DNA of 64,000 nt from contig OZ024742.1 in the NCBI GenBank assembly GCA_964016885.1, positions 90,644,001-90,708,000 on the forward strand, in the 5' to 3' direction. This DNA is from Eledone cirrhosa (lineage: Eukaryota). Below, in pieces: positions 29,882-44,136 of this stretch. The stretch's first letter is position 1. Every line of letters starts with the position of its first letter. The translations under genes and the position numbers were made by a program. The notes under the pieces were generated by a model. It did no database searches, was not told the origin of the DNA, and saw only the letters and a program-made list of their open reading frames with translations.

Positions 29882-31769
29882 GTTATTAATGAGCACACCT
29901 ATTAAGTTTTGAAGATAAGGGCTAATGCGTACTTGAAAAAAATTCTAAACCAAAGGCTTCATTCTGGCACTTGGCCTGCGGTTTCCAGTTAAGTATTTTT
30001 GTAATTTTTCATATTTTTCCTTCTGTCCTTTAGATTTGCTGTATTATTTCTCTTGTGGTCTTTAATTATAACCGCAATTTGTGAATGAAGTTTTCAAGAG
30101 TGTTATTCCAAATACATTACTGATATTGTTTGGCACAATAACATCTGCTACCTCCTTTTCTTCGTGTCAATCTCTTATTCCACTATGCCTGTATTATTTT
30201 CGATTTTATTTAGAATTCAACATCTAATCACTGACAATCACAACTCCACAATAGCCTATAACATTACAACATTAACTGTTTTACCAGTAAAAAAGCTATG
30301 TTATTCCTAATGATGGTAATTCTTTTTATTTTCCCTTATTTATTCCTCAAGATTCGTAATTCATTTACGCTCTTCCTTTGATGTATTTTAATGTTGTAAA
30401 ATTTGTATTCTATGTTCAGTAGCAGTAATCTCCTTTGATTAACTTGCGTATCTTACACCTAATACTTTCTCCGAATGATGATGATAATGAAGATAATTTC
30501 TTCTATAGGCATAATGTGAGGAGAAGAATGTACAAAGATAGGGAAAGATTCAAAGGCAACGCCGTCGCATGGACATTCTCCTCCCTTACTCTAACATACC
30601 TAGTAGCATACACACACATGTGATATACTGAGAATATAGTGGCGGCATTACCGGTAGGGATATTGGTTAATATAAGGGATGGTTGGAGTAAGGAAGGCAA
30701 AGTGATGACTCTAGCTTCTTTATTTTGTTTTGTTACTAAACATCTTTTCTAAATTCCGAAATTATTTAACACGTGTGTTTTAGTGTTATTATCTATCGTC
30801 TATTGAAGTGAAACTTTTATTTTCTTTAAAATCGTCAATTATTTAACGCATGCGCTTTAGCACTCTTAACTGCAACATTTCTGTTATGATTTTATATCAA
30901 CACTCACGATCAAAACTGATGAAGGAAGTGAACATTACATGTTCTACAATTAATTTTATTCAGTCTTGTTTTGATGAGGCAGTATTAAATTCTTCCATTG
31001 TTTATACTGTACACAATCACTAGCGTTGGACAATTTTCAATTCATATTAATGTGCAAGACTCTTTCATAACGAATGTTGATAGGGTGATACAATACTTCC
31101 ACAGACGTAATAACAATGTAGAACAGCTGAGAGCCTTCGATATATATCTTTAGGCAAAAAGTGATTTATTGCCAAACTCTTCACAAATGACTTGAAGCCG
31201 AAGAGAACTACGATGAAACGTATAGTCATACCTCATGCAACTTGGTTATGGCACGTTACGTTCTGAGTTCACATACTAAACAGATCAAATGTACATTTTT
31301 TTAATTCATGGCCGAGAAAATATGTACCAAATTTATTATTGGCGTGAATGTAACCTACTAATTCCACGAAACTGATGTCCCGCATATATATATCCATTGA
31401 AAAAGACTGGAGGAGGAATGGGAGTTACGTGTATATTGTTTTAAGAAAACGTAAGCTGTTTGCTATTGAAATCTCATTTTCTAAAGCAACAGTTAATGCA
31501 AATGTAATTATTGGTCCGAATATTTGAATACAATACAGACAAGGAAATATACTGCTAGCCAACCACCTGGAATGATATTAATATCTCCAAGAACAATATA
31601 TTCAAATATAAAGCCTTTTGTTGTGACCTTTAGTTAGTAAAATCGTTCTAACAACACTTGAATCATACAGAAGATACTCTCGCCTGCACCTGTATCCATC
31701 TCATTGACGCATATACACATATTTACACACAAATACATACATGGGTAGATAATCTCTGTATTTCGATTT

Positions 31770-34110
31770 CAAGAATTTCCACCGCTTCATCTCTCTTTCA
31801 CAGATAGGTTGCAGGAACGTGACTCTTTATGATTTTCATTCCTTTCTCCATATGGTGCAGGAAGAGATGCCAAAGAGACCATAATCGATATTTTGTGCAT
31901 GGCTTCTATGACTAGCTTTACTGAGGCAAATCCGGTCACACTCATGGCACATAAAATCAATTTGTGCATCAGAACATCCAGGGGAAGTCATATCATGTAG
32001 ACCCATACGCAGATCCTTCTCTAATGTTTTGCGCTCTACACGAGATTTTTCAGATTCCTGTTTTCTATTAGACACTTTTTCCCTCGAAGATGATCGATCT
32101 AAGGCAATGTCTTCCTTGTTAACTTCTCTGATTTTTTACTTTGTCAAAACTCTTTTGATGCAGTCTTTATACCCGAGTTTTGGTCTATGCCTTGGCCATT
32201 TGCCTTTGACTTACTCCCCGTTCAATAACTGCTTAAGAATCCTATGATCTGGCATTCCCTACAATATGACCGCTCCGGCGCAATGTATTGAATTATGACA
32301 GATTCAATACTTTCAAAAAGACTTCGTTCCGGCACTTTAACAATCCTCAAATGTTACTGCCAATGCACATCGAATATTCAGCGAAGTTACTGCTTATGAA
32401 AATGTTCAAGCACTTTTATATTTCGCTGATATCTGACCTAAGTTTCACATTCATTCAACAATGAAGACAATACACATGTTCTGAACACCATTAACTTTGA
32501 ATCAATGGAAACCCCACGTCGTCGCAAAAGAAACCCATCTAATTTGCGAAAAGAATCACTTGCTTTCTTTAGTCGCAAAGAGATTTCATCATCAAGGGTG
32601 TTTATCATAATAATTGTACTGCCTAAATACACAAATTTATCCACAAATCTCAATGTTTTGCCTTGCAAATAAATGCTAGGCTCAGTAAAATATTTGTCCG
32701 GAGCAGGTTTATACATAACAACCGTATTAGCCAGACGGATTGTCAGACTCAATGCGCAGCATACTTCTGAAAAAGAATCCATTACGTGCTGCATGTTATT
32801 TTCAGAATGAGCAAGAACACAATCATCTGTATACAAAATTTCATGTATTACAGAAATGAACACCTTTGTTTTGGCAGTAAATCGTCCCATATTAAACAAC
32901 TTGCCCGTCGAACGATACTTGATATAAATTCCATGTGTAAAGTCTTCAAATGCTATAAGGGAACCATAGGGAAATACAATGCAAACAGTGTAGGTGCTGA
33001 TAATGAGATCAGACATCTGTCAACCTATATTGAGGTAAGCTTGCTCGCATACCATAATGTAAACCTCACAGAACTGGTACGAACTAGTCAGGACAACGGA
33101 ACTTTCATAAGTCAGTTCTATTCACCGTATCAAAAGACTTTCTCAAATCAACAAAGACATGATACAAATTCATTTCCTGTTCAATGCACTTTTCCCGTAG
33201 CTGCCTCATAGTGATCATGTCTGTTGTCTTTCTGCTACTTCTCAAACGACACTGAAACTCAGAAAAACCATTGCCAGTGATGGTCTCATGTGATAGTATC
33301 ATGTGATCTTACAGTGATGGTATCATGTGATCTTACACAAGACTTTTCCCATAACTTAAAGGACGGCTATCCCACAATAATTAGAACAGTCCTCCTTTAC
33401 ACCCTTTTCCTTATAAAGCACCAACATCAATGCATCTTTCTAGCCGTTTGGGGGGAAGGGGCGTCTTTTTTCTTTCCGAAACTTACGTATCAGATTTGTA
33501 AGCAGTCAAAGAACGTTTCGACTTCCACATTTCAGTACCTCAGCACAATTACCATATCCCCTGGCGATTTTCCATTATTGAATTGTTTTACAGCCACTTC
33601 AACTTCTTCAAAGGTAGGACCTTCTGCTAGTACATCATTTATATGATAATTAGGTGTTGAATTCAGATGTACGATTGGATAAGAATAAGGACCATAGACT
33701 TCTCGTAATAAGCTGTAAAGTAGTTTGTATTGTTGGCATTAGCTGCCGCTTCGCTTTTTTGCTACACCATGCATTTTGCATGTTACTGAGTTTGCGCTGT
33801 AAGATAGCCTTCACATCTTTCAACATTTCACTCCTCCCAGCTCTTTACTCTCCTGTAAGTACTCTCATCGCCGCTATCTTGAATAGCACTTTATTCGCTT
33901 CCTCGTTTTTATCAAACCAATCTTGATGATTCCTATTAACATTACTAAGAACAGAAGCCAGCGTAACATAGACCGAGGTTTTGAAATCTTCCCATCTGTC
34001 ATCTCATTGAATCTTGTGTAACTTTCTGACCAGCTCATCCTTGTTTTAAGCATATATAATCAGAACATATCTACACACTGTTGGATAGACGTTGACTCTC
34101 TTGAGTTCCT
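31770..34110 (-). mobile_element. Decayed RTE (BovB-like) LINE
   Basis: Motifs RNHQDWFDKN, QFNNGKSPG, MRQLREKCIEQEMNLYHVFVDLRKSFDTVNR, ILYTDDC, FVYLGSTI and C-terminal CHECDRICLSKASHRSH; many stops and frameshifts. Confidence 0.9.
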
Positions 34111-34224
34111 CCACCCTTTGCCGGTTTATTCGCCAACAATCTGACCGTGACAAGTTGTATTGGACCACATGTTACCAGTAGCGTCTGAGTGTCCTGACAC
34201 ATACATAGGTACATGCATATGCTT

Positions 34225-34281
<57 letters not shown>

Positions 34282-35032
34282 TATATACACCTGAAAACAT
34301 CTGACTTCTGCAGTTTCCGTAACCAAATTTCACTCACAAACATGATTAAACCCATGGCTTTTGTAGGTGATATTTTTGTAACGTGACGCAGTGAGAGTGA
34401 ACCCCAAACTGTGGTTGTGAAGTGAAGATTTTAATCATATATATATACAGAGAGAGAGAGAGAGAGAGAGAAATGTACATATTCGCAATCTTAAACATGC
34501 GTTATAATATGTTGTGTAATACAATTTTCGCTGATAGAATACCAGTAAACGAAGGATGAGACCTAAGATTCGTATTCTGTTACCTATAGGGTTAGAATAA
34601 AATAATGGGTCCCTAACGACAAAGACCACTCAGTGACCAAGTTACTCAGCTCTCAACGCACGAATCAACCCAGCTTTATGCACGTACCACTCACCAGCAG
34701 TGTGGATATGAAGAGTCGATCTTGACTTCTGTGCCTATTTCAAATTTCTGATTGCCACATTCAAATGTGTGCGTCAGTGTGATATGTCTTCTTTTAGGTC
34801 GTAACGTTTAAAGTTTGAAAACAGGTCTCATGAATCAAGGGTGGTGGCCACATGAATTAACTTCTTTTTATTTTTATATTGTTTATATTTCTTATATTTA
34901 GTTAGGACTCATTTCTTTAGACCTACTTCATCAAATCATTCCAGCCCTGAATATCCCATTGTTTTCTTTTGACAATTTATATTTCAGACTGCATTATCCA
35001 TGTTAAGGGAGTAATTTGAAGTGAGTAATAAT

Positions 35033-35215
35033 TACTTCTACTTGAGGCACAAGGCCAGCAATTACTCATTGCATTACTGGTACTTTATTTTATCGACCCC
35101 GTAAGGATGAAAGGCAAAGTCAACCTCGGTGGGATTTGAACTCAGATCGTAAAGGGACGTAACTATGCTGGAAAGCATGGTGTCTGACCCTCTACCGATA
35201 CTGCCAATCCACCGC
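35033..35215 (-). mobile_element. Family-A SINE with 15-bp TSD
   Basis: TSD GAAGTGAGTAATAAT at 35018-35032 and 35221-35235. Confidence 0.92.
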
Positions 35216-35650
35216 CCTTAGAAGTGAGTAATAATGGCTTGTGTAAATTTATTCACGTGTATATTTATGGGAATAGATCTTATACATGGAGTTATCCTTC
35301 TCTATTTATCGATCCAGTAAGTCACCGAACAATACGGAACTCAATATATACACGAGAATGGAAACAAACCACACTCTGTGTGTGCGTATGTTTAGTTATA
35401 TACAACGAGCTTCTGCAGAGTTTCCGTCAACCAAATTGCACTCGCAACGTCTTACTTGTGTAGTGAACACTTCACCAAACAGACACACAAGTATGTATAT
35501 ATACAAATGATTTTGCATGTGTATATGACTGGTACTTCCTTTTGTTGACCCTTTCCAACGTTGATAATGGTGTCAAATTTTAAGGGTTAATATAATTAAC
35601 TATTTCTTCTCCAAATGTTGCTTTTCAGATGTCATTATTTAATACCAGAA

Positions 35651-35836
35651 CGGTGGATTGGCAGTATCGGTAGAGGGTCGGACGCCACGCTTTCCAGCAT
35701 AGTTACGTCCCTTTACGATCTGAGTTCAAATCCCGCCGAGGTTGACTTTGCCTTTCATCCTTACGGGGTCGATAAAATAAAGTACCAGTAATGCACTGGG
35801 TAATTGCTGGCCTTGTGCCTAAAGTAGAAACAATTA
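35651..35836 (+). mobile_element. Family-A SINE with 18-bp TSD
   Basis: TSD ATTATTTAATACCAGAAC at 35634-35651 and 35833-35850. Confidence 0.93.
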
Positions 35837-36154
35837 TTTAATACCAGAACAGGGAAGGACCTACAGAATCAGTAGAGTACCAGAGAATATTAGGTAAAAT
35901 CTCACTTGGTTCGATTTACCTTTCATTCTTTCTGAGATGGTAACATAAGTCAGTTCTATCATAATATATTTCTTTATACACTTCTCTCAAAACGAGGGAG
36001 CTTGTACCGTCGTTAGAAATCCTTATTTAATCAATGTACTAGTGCACCGCAATGAGGAACATCTAAACTATATTAAAATAAGGAGTGCGGGACTGCGTAT
36101 GGTTTATTTCTTTTAATCCAGTTAGTAAAATAAGTTGGATTACTTTGAATAAAT

Positions 36155-36342
36155 AATTGTGTTTCTACTTTTGGCACAAAGCCAGCAATTACCCAGTGTA
36201 TTACTGGTACTTTATTTTATCGACCCCGTAAGGATGAAAGGCAAAGTCAACCTCGGTGGGATTTGAACTCAGATCGTAAAGGGACGTAACTATGCTGGAA
36301 AGCATGGTGTCTGACCCTCTACCGATACTGCCAATCCACCGC
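36155..36342 (-). mobile_element. Chimeric family-A SINE at the duplication junction
   Basis: Left part and flank match the 37285 copy; right part and flank match the 35033 copy. Confidence 0.9.
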
Positions 36343-36777
36343 CCTTAGAAGTGAGTAATAATGGCTTGTGTAAATTTATTCACGTGTATATTTATGGGAA
36401 TAGATCTTATACATGGAGTTATCCTTCTCTATTTATCGATCCAGTAAGTCACCGAACAATACGGAACTCAATATATACACGAGAATGGAAACAAACCACA
36501 CTCTGTGTGTGCGTATGTTTAGTTATATACAACGAGCTTCTGCAGAGTTTCCGTCAACCAAATTGCACTCGCAACGTCTTACTTGTGTAGTGAACACTTC
36601 ACCAAACAGACACACAAGTATGTATATATACAAATGATTTTGCATGTGTATATGACTGGTACTTCCTTTTGTTGACCCTTTCCAACGTTGATAATGGTGT
36701 CAAATTTTAAGGGTTAATATAATTAACTATTTCTTCTCCAAATGTTGCTTTTCAGATGTCATTATTTAATACCAGAA

Positions 36778-36963
36778 CGGTGGATTGGCAGTATCGGTAG
36801 AGGGTCGGACGCCATGCTTTCCAGCATAGTTACGTCCCTTTACGATCTGAGTTCAAATCCCGCCGAGGTTGACTTTGCCTTTCATCCTTACGGGGTCGAT
36901 AAAATAAAGTACCAGTAATGCACTGGGTAATTGCTGGCCTTGTGCCTAAAGTAGAAACAATTA
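36778..36963 (+). mobile_element. Family-A SINE (duplicate of 35651)
   Basis: Same sequence and TSD. Confidence 0.92.
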
Positions 36964-37284
36964 TTTAATACCAGAACAGGGAAGGACCTACAGAATCAGT
37001 AGAGTACCAGAGAATATTAGGTAAAATCTCACTTGGTTCGATTTACCTTTCATTCTTTCTGAGATGGTAACATAAGTCAGTTCTATCATAATATATTTCT
37101 TTATACACTTCTCTCAAAACGAGGGAGCTTGTACCGTCGTTAGAAATGCTTATTTAATCAATGTACTAGTGCACCGCCGCAATGAGGAACATCTAAACTA
37201 TATTAAAGTAAGGAGTGCGGGACTGCGTATGGTTTATTTCTTTTAACCCAGTTAGTAAAATAAGTTGGATTACTTTGAATAAAT

Positions 37285-37442
37285 AATTGTGTTTCTACTT
37301 TTGGCACAAAGCCAGCAATTACCCAGTGTATTACTGGTACTTTATTTTATCGACCCCGTAAGGATGAAAGGCAAAGTTAACCTCGGCGGGATTTGAACTC
37401 AGAATGGCAAGGGCCGTAACTCTATGCTTCAAAGCATGGCGT
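37285..37442 (-). mobile_element. 5'-truncated family-A SINE
   Basis: Flanked by AATAAATAAT on both sides. Confidence 0.88.
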
Positions 37443-38379
37443 AATAAATAATGAATGAATATTACATAATTTATCTACTAAATTTCGTAGCGATTGCTTA
37501 AATAAACATTCATATATTTCTGTCACTAATTATCTCCTAATGCAGTTTATATATATTATCTTATTTTTTAATGTATCATAGATTACGTTACTGATTACAT
37601 GAGAGTGTAACGCAGTCTTCGTTCAATTTCTGTGTATATTGTCAATTACGATTTTATTTGATGTATATCTACATGCATATATATTTTTATTTTATTAAAT
37701 AAGGTTACAAATGGGAGTGAAAATATGAACACATATGTTATATACAAAGTATTTAAATAAATTTACAGTAGAATAACATAACCAATATTTTTCAAATATA
37801 TACATAAATAATATATACATAATAATACATATAAATAATAATACATAAATAATACATAAACAAATGCTTAGATAACATTATAAATTGCTCGCGATTCTAT
37901 CAGAAGGATATATTCCTTTAACGTTGCAATATTAAAGGAAATGTAAAGGAGGGGTGAATAACCGAGCCACCACCAGAGCAAAAGACAGCAGCGAGGAGTA
38001 CTGGGCAACCTCTCTAATGATTTTAGAGGCAAGCCAGCACACTCGCAGTGTTACCTCGGGTGATGGCGAGGCTAATATCAATATGCACCATTCACATGCT
38101 AGAAGAAAACCACCCGAAAGGTGGTTTTTCTGCTAATTCTATTAAAAAAGGGGAAATTTACAATATCATACACAACTGTCATGGGAAGCAACTTAAATAA
38201 GAATGAAGGAATTGTGATAAACGCAACACGCTTGTTTCTCATTCATAACGTCGCTCCATTTATTACATGAAGAAGGATATACACAATTTTTCTGGATTTT
38301 TAATGATCCATATTTCTATGTTTTGCTATGATAATATGTATAAGTACTACTTTTGAATACATTTTCGAATTTAGATACG

Positions 38380-38930
38380 AAATGCGCCAACATTTGTTTA
38401 TTTCTTTTCAAAACGATGCAAGGGTAGGAAAGTTTATGAGGAAATGAATTAATCCAATAACGTTGTGGATAAGCAGAAATGGTAAAACACCCGACAAAAT
38501 GAAATCGCACTGGAGTCCACTTTGATTTTCATGCTTTTGATACCGATATATTTAGTAACAAGCAAAAGGTAAAGTGAAATTAATCGATCCACTTCTACTC
38601 TAGTCGTCTGCCTAATTTTGAAAAATGATTATAATTCAGTGACATGAAAGCAAATAGTGAATTTGTTGCACCAGCCCATACTTTTTAATTTGATTCAATT
38701 CATGTTCCAAAAGGTGATGAATGTGGGAATGGAGAGACTTCCAGACTGTTGCTTTCTAGAAAAGAAAATTTTGATTGAATTCTGTAGTATTCTTTTGCCG
38801 ATGAATCACAGTAAAGAGAGAGAGAAAGGTTCCATACTTGCGGCCTAAACACAGATTGTATCAGATCGAAAAGACGTATGATCAAAAATATTCTATATAT
38901 GACTGGCTTATCATTTTTTCCTAACACCCG
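38380..38930 (-). mobile_element. Highly decayed CR1/Jockey-group LINE 3' fragment
   Basis: Weak resemblance to LINE C-terminal motifs (FRPQVWN..., RIQSK..., WINSFP...LKRN). Confidence 0.4.
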
Positions 38931-39561
38931 CTTATAAATAACTCCACAGTGGGACGAGTTGAGATGTATCTGTTATTTCTAGCAGATTGAATTACCACAT
39001 AGCTCACTCGTTGATTTTAAAGATTAGAAGAGCATGAACTTGTTAGTTCAGACAAGTGGGAATAGTTGTAGTGGAGCTAGAAGAATCCTAGAAAGGAATC
39101 AGCACAGTTTCGGTGACTAAATATTTAGCAATTAGTTGGATGGTATTTATAAGGAAGAGCGATATGGTAACATAGGTATGACATAAACCTAGATAAAGCA
39201 GAAAAATGCCATATAAAACAAGTATTAGTAGCTATATTTCAACGTTGACTTCTTCGTTAAATAGCAGGTTTATGACAGTGGGAGGTGGTAAATATGATAA
39301 ATAATAAGAAAGAAGAGAAGAGTCAAAGAAGTAAAAGTGGAGTTACTTCAATTTTATTTCATGAATCGTTATCTTTAGTTTTCATGACAAAACCTTATTT
39401 CACAGATATTCATTTACAATGCCACTAATCTTTTATGTTTTATGTTTGCAAAATTGGTGAGTTTCTTTGTACGTAACCATATCTCCTCCTTTCCCAGGAG
39501 CAATTTAATCTATTTCTTGTGAGGTGAGGGGCGTTGATAACGATCCCTTTTACCGATCTTA

Positions 39562-39696
<135 letters not shown>

Positions 39697-40517
39697 ATGT
39701 GTGTGTGTATGTATATATATATGCGTCACAGAGATGAATTTATATATAGAGAGAAATAGATGGAAAGCAAGACTTAATCGGAGAGTAAGGTGAATGATCG
39801 TGGTGAAAAAGCTGATTGAAGCAGACGATAAAAAGAACGACCACCAAAGTAGCTAGTCAGCTAGGAAATAGTAGAGAATAGCTTTGTCCGTTTTATATTT
39901 TAAAATAATGATAAATAAATAACAACAAGAACACTTTAAAAAGCATCTCACTGTCATGCATAATAAAAACAACAAAAAACAAAATCTTTCATTGCTGGTA
40001 ACATTAATATCTCCTGGCACCAGTAGAAACAATAGAATACCAAGTCCTCCTTAGGACAGATAATGAAGAAAATCTCCCACAGCGTAAAATCTACGTTAAT
40101 TATTACACCATTTCACTTGTGTGGATATTATATGTCAGGTTGTCTGTTTCTCTGCCCGTATGACTACATATTTAAATGTGTGCAATCATATGTATGACGA
40201 GGCTGGGCGAAGCAGCAGGCTATTACGATGTCACGTAAAACATGCAATAAATCCAACAGACGACATTTATCTTTCTTCACACAATGTTCGCTGTTTAACT
40301 TGATTTCTTAATAAACTGTATTTAATTCACAAGTAATGAGATGTTTTTTGTTTTTGTTTGGCTGTAATGTTGCTTTATTATTTTTATTTTTTACCTTTCC
40401 CTCTTTCTTTCTGTTCAAATTTTCTCAATTAAACTAAACTAATCTATTTGTTTGGCATCTCATTTAATTTTAAAGGCCAAACAAAATTATTTGTGAATGT
40501 GTACACACATTTGCGCG

Positions 40518-40557
<40 letters not shown>

Positions 40558-40782
40558 TATACACTTACACACAAACACACACACACACACATGTATATAT
40601 ATATTTATGTATTTATATATAAATATATATTTATATATATATGTATATATATATTTATTTATATATATATATATATGTAAATATATATATGTGTGTGTGT
40701 GTATATATACATATATGTACGTGTATATACATGTATATATATATATATATATACATCACCATCTTTATTAATGCTATTATAT

Positions 40783-40896
<114 letters not shown>

Positions 40897-41051
40897 CATA
40901 GATATATATGCCTATATATATTTGGATATACTTGCATTTATGTCCTATTCAATAGAAGAAAATCTCACGAGACAATTATGCTTGAAAACGAAAGTCAATT
41001 GTCAAATTGAAGACGGTCATAGTGTAAAAGGAATGAGAACAAAACTTAACG

Positions 41052-41117
<66 letters not shown>

Positions 41118-41164
41118 TGTGTGTGTTTGAGTGTATACACAAGTATTCATAGCAATATGTCCTA

Positions 41165-41208
<44 letters not shown>

Positions 41209-41325
41209 TGTTTTTGTATGTTCTCTGTAAAAGATTTGTTCCACTAATTTAAAAATCGAAAAAAAAAGGATATTTTTATATGAAATAGAAAACTCATCAG
41301 ACAATGACAAGAAAAATACGAACGG

Positions 41326-41369
<44 letters not shown>

Positions 41370-41753
41370 TCATTTTAAACCAACACAAAGACAATCGAAA
41401 GAAGAATAAAAATAATAAATATAATAAAATTCTAACAAAAACAAATAATATGGAATATCAAACACGAAGACAAATCATCACTAAATCTTTAATACTGATT
41501 GGCAAACAGAACATTTATAACAAATTGACTCTTTAATTGATTATCTTGTTGTCGTTGATGTTAATGTTTAATATGTTCTTGCTGTAGCTTTGGTTCTATT
41601 GCATATTATTTGTACATGCCGTTATTTTTGTGGTAGATGTTGTTGTCGTTTTTGTTGTTGTTATTTCTGTTGGTGCTCTATTAATTAAATAATTTGTAAA
41701 GTATCATATAATTGATGTACAAATCTGAAAACATCAATCAAACCATGATATGG

Positions 41754-41801
<48 letters not shown>

Positions 41802-43035
41802 GTTATCACCTTCATCATAATCAACATCATTAGTCATCACCATCATGAACACCATTATCGTGATCTTCATCGCCATCTATACGTCGCCGTCTTTATTATC
41901 TTCAACATCAGCAGTACCAATTGCAAATATACATACTTGCAACATACACACATGGCCGTAGTAATATACTCATGCACTTGTGCACTCTCATTGCCGAGAG
42001 AACCACAAACATAAAGAAACACAAAAGATTATAAATACATTTTTACAATATAAACAGTCATACGCACGCAGACATTCATACATATGCACACACGATGCCA
42101 TGCAGACACATACGCGCGCTTATGTACACATATATACACAAACCCCCACATACACAAACACGGAAAAACATACATGCTCATATTCACACACACGGTGAGT
42201 CACAGGCTCACATATGTTCACATACGTACATACCCACACACAAAATTTAAAGAAGGGCTTGAAAAATTACCGAAACAACAAATTTTGCTGTAAGGTAAGC
42301 CAAATAGTGTTTATTTGGCAAAGCAATCGTCGTTAATACCACCATCACCGAAAACAACAACAACACTATACGTCAGTGAGGAAGTGAGGACATGATCCCT
42401 CAACTTGCTATAAATTGCGACCACATCTCCCACAAAATATATCCCATTGTCTTAAAAAAGAAAGGACAGATGATATGATTACCCTAGATATCCCTAAAAA
42501 TACTATATGGTCGCAGCTTGTTTACCTGTGATCATAAATCTCTTCGGCGAGTTTTAAGCTAAGAGGATAAGCAACAAAACCAATAACATCACCACAACCA
42601 CCACTATGACCGTCACTAACATTAATAACAGACTTCTAATATCACAACCAAACTTTCCAAAATTACGAACATAAACGAAAACATAGACACTACCAAACAA
42701 CTATAAAAACCAAATGTAGAATTTACACAAAATGGTGTCTGATATGAAGTTTGGTTAGCATCGTGACAGCGGTAATTAAGTCTAATTTGATAATCTTAAC
42801 AATTAGAAATGGTATGATGATGATGATGACAGCGAATGATATTGCTAGTAATATTTATGCTTATGGAGAGGATGATCATATTAATATTATCATGATTATG
42901 ATAATGATATAGGGGATGATGGTCATGATGATGTTTACCATAATGACATACATTTTATTGCTTCTGTTGCTGTTGTCGGTGATGATGATATCAGTGATGT
43001 AAAAAAAAGAGATTGACTATACTGCTTCTGCTCAG

Positions 43036-43069
<34 letters not shown>

Positions 43070-43070
<1 letters not shown>

Positions 43071-43232
43071 GGTTTTGATATAGGCACAAGGCCAGCAATT
43101 TTGAGGGGAGGGAAAGTCGATTAAATCGACCCCAGTGCATGATTGGTATTTTATTTTATCGACCCCGTAAGGATGAAAGGTAAAACTAACCTCGGCGGGA
43201 ATTGAACCCAGATCATAAAGAACCGTGACTCT
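43070..43232 (-). mobile_element. Family-A SINE, long variant with (TTA)n tail
   Basis: Contains extra GGGGTCGATTTAATCGACTTTCCCTCCCC segment. Confidence 0.88.
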
Positions 43233-43943
43233 TGTACTTAAATTAGAAATCATTGTTATTATTTGCTACATGTTAGAGTATTATATGAAAGATGAGTAAG
43301 AGCGGTGAGATTGGCGAGGCGGAATCGGCCTATTTTGGCTGTTTTTCAAAGTACGAAGAAAGAAGCTGAGAAAAGAACACACACCCTAATATTTGAAGTT
43401 TCTTTTTAATCCACATCGAAATAATAAACAGCAACTCGAAAAGGCAAAGCTAACCTCGGTGGGAATTGAATTCTGTGGGTATTATGAACTCAGAACATAA
43501 ATGGAAGAAACTAAATCATGTAACCGATTTTGTTTGGCGTCAGTTTGTTGCTATCACTTTACTTCATTAATTAGAGCCGAAATGTGAGCCAGTCTTCCAA
43601 ATCATGATGTAATTCAAACAATTTAATGTTTGTCTGTACGTGGCCAGTGAAAGTGAAATATTTTTCCAATACATAGGAAATGACATAACTACCTGAAAAT
43701 GAATAATGGGTCAAAATACTTTTATTCACTACATAATATTTACTAACATTTTACTCCACATAATATCTCCCGCTGATATGCTTTAGACATCTAAGATACT
43801 TTACGACGTAATGTTGTAGTTCAAAAATCGAGCCGTTGCCTCAGACGATCTTTTAAGTGGAATCACTTCATTTCATCTTGCCTACCACTTATCCTTTATA
43901 ATAAAAATTTAATGACATTTTTGCTATTGATATTATATATTAT

Positions 43944-44136
43944 AGGGTCGGACGCCATGCTTTGCAGCATAGAGTTACGGCCCTTTATGATCTGAGTTCA
44001 AATCCCGCCGAGGTTAACTTTGCCTTTCATCCTTACGGGGTCGGTAAAATAAAGTACCAGTCACGCACTGGGGTCAATTTAATCGACTTTCCCCTCCTCC
44101 CAAATTGCTGGCCTTGTGCCTATATAAGAAACTATT
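43944..44136 (+). mobile_element. Family-A SINE, long variant
   Basis: Box B GAGTTCAAATCC, core and tail present. Confidence 0.9.

Larger units (their letters stand above)
35075..37377. repeat. Tandem direct duplication, period ~1127 bp
   Basis: 35224-36160 is repeated at 36351-37290; about five differences seen by eye. Confidence 0.97.

Noticed and set aside
30905-31230. CTGATGA at ~30915 and TTGAAGC...GAAACGTA at ~31192
   Set aside because: Partner boxes or stem II are missing, so chance cannot be excluded.
35224-36637. Identical ORF pairs at 35224/36351 and 35286/36413
   Set aside because: Identity results from the tandem duplication; no protein motifs, and they overlap a SINE remnant.
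38103-38132. Hairpin resembling a bacterial rho-independent terminator
   Set aside because: Context is eukaryotic with no bacterial gene upstream; kept only as part of the structured island.
42255-42300. Strong donor AAG|GTAAGC and other isolated splice-like sites (28650, 30508, 56570, 58888)
   Set aside because: No convincing paired splice site with an open recognisable frame.
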